A stretch of 64,000 nt of DNA from Macrostomum hystrix (taxonomy: Eukaryota > Animalia > Platyhelminthes), in NCBI GenBank assembly GCA_950097015.1, contig CATNEN010000002.1:8866001-8930000 (forward strand). Direction: 5' to 3'. The stretch's first letter is position 1. Each line of letters opens with the position of its first letter. Below, in pieces: positions 60,058 to 64,000 of the stretch. The translations under genes were made by a program, and so were the position numbers. Under the pieces are notes generated by a model. It had not been told where the DNA came from. It searched no databases and worked only from the letters and a program-made list of their open reading frames with translations.

Positions 60058-61289
60058 CGGCGGTTGTAATAATGGGCTTTAAATAAACTATATCGGAAAT
60101 GCCCGTTACTGCAGACACACTACTGCAGTTGGGTTAACAATGCAAACACCAAAGCTTGCAAGTGGACCTGAGTTCGTCTTCGGGTCTTAATAATGTTTCT
60201 TTCGATGCGTAGCCTATAGCATTTTTTTTGTTTATACTTGGTCTTCTTGCAATTTCAATAAGTGGTCATAAGTTGGCACTTCTTGCTGGTAGCTTCAGTA
60301 AGTGTTAAAAACAATGACATACATGTAACGGTATACCACCATGCAGTATACTAAACTGAACATGTCTACTACATGCACTATATGTCTATATTAGTGGTAC
60401 ATGGTATCAGTGTCGTACATGTACGATTGATATCCACTCAATTGCATACTTCAAAGCATACTTTGAAGTAGGGACCTTGTACTAGTTATCGTTACCTTGT
60501 CACTAGTTAAGTGACATATATACAGTAGGTCGCCTGCCTAGCCAAGGAAAAATGACTACAGAATTAGCAGCAAAGCTGCACGCTGCACTGGCCCTATATG
60601 CACCCGATTGTGAATAGAGTATATTTTTAATGAGCCGTCACCTCTGTACTACATATGTACTGCATACTGCTTTGAATGCAAAAGTTTGCTTCATACTGTA
60701 TATGTACAGTAGCTGAAGTTAAATGCACTGTACATGTAGGTGATGTTCAACTTAGCAACTGAAGTTTATATTAAATATAAGACCCGCGCTTACATGCTCT
60801 GAGAAAGTTTTGAAAGTTTCATTTTCCATAAATTTCGGGACCCACTTACATGTACACATGATCCTAAATTGTCTACAATAGTTAAACTACATGTACATGT
60901 ACTGTACTTGTTCAACAATACACGTTAGTGACATTATTTTCTAGAAAATACATGATTTACTATGCTTCTCAATTTATTACTTTTTTGCCACATCAGGTGA
61001 CAGTTATATTTTTCTTGTTAAAAGAAAGTGCGAGCAGACAAAGCATTGCGCGCTTGAATATTCCAAAATACATGTACTGTCCCATTGAAGTCTTGCGACC
61101 AATTTTCAAATAAAAAGGAACACAATTTGTACAATTAATTTCCTCACAGTTGAGAAAAATAGTAGTAAACGAAATTGAAAAGAAAAAATATATATGCATG
61201 TATTTACATTATTTACAGGGTTTAATGCAAAAAGATGTGAAAATAATTTCAGTTATTGAAATGCCGGAAAACACAGTTTAAGACAAGCC

Positions 61290-61657
61290 TAAGTAGCTGG
61301 ATAAGTAGATAGATAGTAGAGTAGATAGATAGATTAAGTAGATAGATAGAAAGTACACTTGGCTCCAAAGGGGCCAGATGTACAGCCATGACAAAAGCAC
61401 AGCCGCAGCTATTGCGTGGCGCATCCGAAGGCTGTGTGCAGCTGTTCAGTCCATAGACTGGGTGGGAGGCGCCACACCCACCCTAATTTCTACCCCAGCT
61501 TACACTGGTACCCACTTATAGCTGGCTGAACTAAGCAATGCAGAATAAGTGTCTTGCTCAATGACACTAATTTTGTTGCCTACATGTAGGTCGAGCCTAG
61601 GTCGAGAATCAAACCCTCTCGAGAATCGAATCGAGATCGCCACTAGGCTACAACTCC
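61290..61657 (-). mobile_element. tRNA-derived CORE-type SINE
   Basis: A box TAGCCTAGTGG (61650..61640) and B-box-like GGTTTGATTC (61615..61606); CORE/MIR-like segment gtacccacttatagctggctgaactaagcaatgcagaataagtgtcttgctcaatgacac on +; (TCTA)n tail. Confidence 0.7.
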
Positions 61658-63039
61658 CTTCTACTAAGCTTACTCTAGCTTAAGTAGAGGCAAAACATGT
61701 CAAGACGATACAGAAAATGTTTGTACCATAATCATTCAATAATTTTTTCCGTGTTTTCAGACAACGCAACTTTTTATGTTAGCATCTAAAGTTTCATGGT
61801 TTTAACGCCGTTAGTTTTGGTGCCGAATTACATTTCATGTGTTAACTGAATTCATATGTAAGAATAGCAATACAAGGAAATAAAACAATATCATGCACAA
61901 GAAACATAAACAGAGAGTAGCATGTGGAGCATACAATGTTGAAATTATTGCAGCTGATATAAAAGCAGCCGATAAAAGAGCTAGCCAAAATGTAAAGCCG
62001 CTACGAGAAAATCTGCGCGAACAAGGAGAAAGGCAGCACTTTTTACTTTCTACACTAGCAAACTGTTAGTTGTAATAGTGGATAAAATAGCCGCACATGA
62101 GAAAAAATGGTTGCTACAAAACAAGCGCACGGGCACAAGAACACAAAATGGATTCAGATTGAAGAAACTGGATGGGTGAATAACTCGATAACATTATTGT
62201 GTACATACCGAATTCTGAACTTGGCAGCAAACTTGTAATGTATGGTAGGTACCAAACGATAGTAGCAAAGCAGGAAAAAATATACATCATAGGCACTTTG
62301 AGTAGGAAAAAATGAGCAACCAAAATGAGGAAAATAAGTTGTGCCTTACAGTGTATACATGTTTTGATACTCAGTCTTCAAGTGATTCTACCGATAACTA
62401 TTGGTTGTACTATTGTTTGCAATAGTTGGTTGGTTGGTTGGTTGTAATAGTGGGAAATGCAGATTTAAGCAGCTGGAGGGGGTGAATAACTGGATAAAAT
62501 TATATAATAAACACTATAGACAAAAAGTTTTTCAGCAATATTCAGAGGAACGACAAAAACATTTTTTTAGTCAGTTGGACCAATTGGCAATTACTGCAAG
62601 ATGATTAAATGAACATCATTCATTATATTCGTTGCTTTGTTTGAGATATCGAAGTGCCTAGGGGCACGGCGTGTTTTGCAGTAAGCTAATGGCAGGAAAG
62701 AAAATTGAAACTAAATAAAATCACCGAGGTTAGAGTTTAGGTAAGTTTTGGGTTCATTGTAACTTCATTTAATTTGACTTTTAAATTCAAACTTTGTACA
62801 AAATACAGCAGAGTTTGAAAATAACTTTTCGATTAACATTGTTCGCCGTGTCCCTAGCTTTGCCCTAGCAACAAATCTATCAGTCAAAAAAGTAGTGGGA
62901 TAGCGAAATTATGCCCAAACTGTCAGTACCGTTAGAAGAAAATCTTGTCGCACCATGCATAAGTGAGGAATCTTGTCCTGTTATAGGAATTTGTATCAAT
63001 GTCGTACATTAACAAAACCTCTATGCTAACAGAGGCCCT

Positions 63040-64000
63040 CTATGCACGCTTACAATTACTACAAAACCAAATTCGCTGCCTAGGCTGCTTATGCAGCCCA
63101 CAACAGTCAAAATGAAACCAAATTTGGCAAGCGTCGCAAAAAATCGACGAACCGGAAATACGGAGGCGACAGACTCCACAGAAGTACTGTGGTGCTCGGC
63201 ACGCGTTCTTTATCATGCTGTTTAAGCATTTTGTATCGATGAAACTGTCGAGAAGCGGCACTGAGTTTCGAACATCTTCCTCGATAAACTGAGGAGGCAG
63301 CTTGTCGGTTGTCGGTAGCGGATCCTTCGTGCCTTGCATGATTGCAATAGCGCGGCGAGCATTAAAGAGCCAGGTAAGCATGCCTGAAAAGGAAGTTTTT
63401 ATTCCCACTAAAAATAACAGAAAAACTGATTTTCTGTACCACCTTTCCATAGTTTTGGTGCATGTGAACATTCTGAAATTTGGCCCGAATGTGCACACCA
63501 ACTTTTTAGCCAACACAATATAAAAAATGACTTTCGGACTTCTTTTCTGCTGTTTTCTTCAGTTTGTTTAGAACAGTTTTCTTCCGAAACACAGCTCAAA
63601 AAGAGCACACAGTCAATGATGAAAATATAAAGAGACGAAAGAAAAACAGTAAAAAACAAAGAATCGCTTACATTTAACTTTTCCGTCGTTATCAAGATCT
63701 GAAAACGCACATGGTCCCTCCACGCGTCTCCTTTTCAGCCCAATAACAGTAGCGCCTGACCCACTCGGTCGGCCCTTCTGCTTTACAGCCTTTGGAAAGG
63801 ACAATGATGTCACTCGCTGCCGTTCGATCTCGGCACGATGCTCAGCTTCGGCGCGACGCTCGGCTTCCGCGCGACGCTCTGCGTCCAGGAGCTGCCGTTC
63901 AATCTCGGCACGACGCTCAGCTTCCGCGCAACGCTCGGCTTCCGCACGACACTCAGCTTCCGCGCGACGCTCGGCTTCCGCACGACACTCAGCTTCCGCG
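63040..64000 (-). CDS. 3' end of a spliced MULE/ZSWIM-like transposase-derived gene with a C-terminal PHD finger (exons >=63672..64000, 63040..63383)
   Basis: (AEAERR)n coil, KGRPSGSGATVIGL motif, phase-1 intron 63384..63671, then PHD CGVC...CDACQIWFHFDCCGL...WFCSNC; the frame stays open to the window edge. Confidence 0.65.

Overview
Eukaryotic (invertebrate) genomic DNA with GC-rich exons, AT-rich intergenic stretches and many introns filled with minisatellites. This style suggests the flatworm Macrostomum, which is inference and not confirmed. Genes reconstructed by hand from GT/AG boundaries and phase continuity: a SKICH/coiled-coil TAX1BP1/CALCOCO-like gene (-, runs off the left edge), WDR24 (-), two intronless TspO-like multi-pass membrane paralogs (-), an F-box/LRR gene (-), POLR2C/RPB3 (-), a PCMTD1/2-like gene (+), three tandem S10 serine carboxypeptidases (-), SLC38A9 (-) and the spliced 3' end of a MULE/SWIM-type PHD-finger gene (-, runs off the right edge). 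Mobile DNA: an intact Ty3/Gypsy element with identical 176-bp LTRs inside the intron of carboxypeptidase B, a tRNA-derived CORE-type SINE, a 212-bp insertion flanked by a 14-bp direct repeat, a palindromic 115-bp repeat element and a possible solo LTR. About 25 unrelated minisatellites occur, and most long ORFs in the ORF track are artefacts of them. The most interesting observations are: (1) the three carboxypeptidases share a nearly identical ~620-bp 5' coding cassette with sharp borders, while their 3' halves are only about half identical; (2) the Gypsy gag-pol junction has a G_GGA_AAC slippery site followed by a well-formed H-type pseudoknot; (3) most introns carry their own private minisatellite starting close to a splice site; (4) an end motif is shared between a palindromic repeat element and the flank of the PHD/MULE-like gene.
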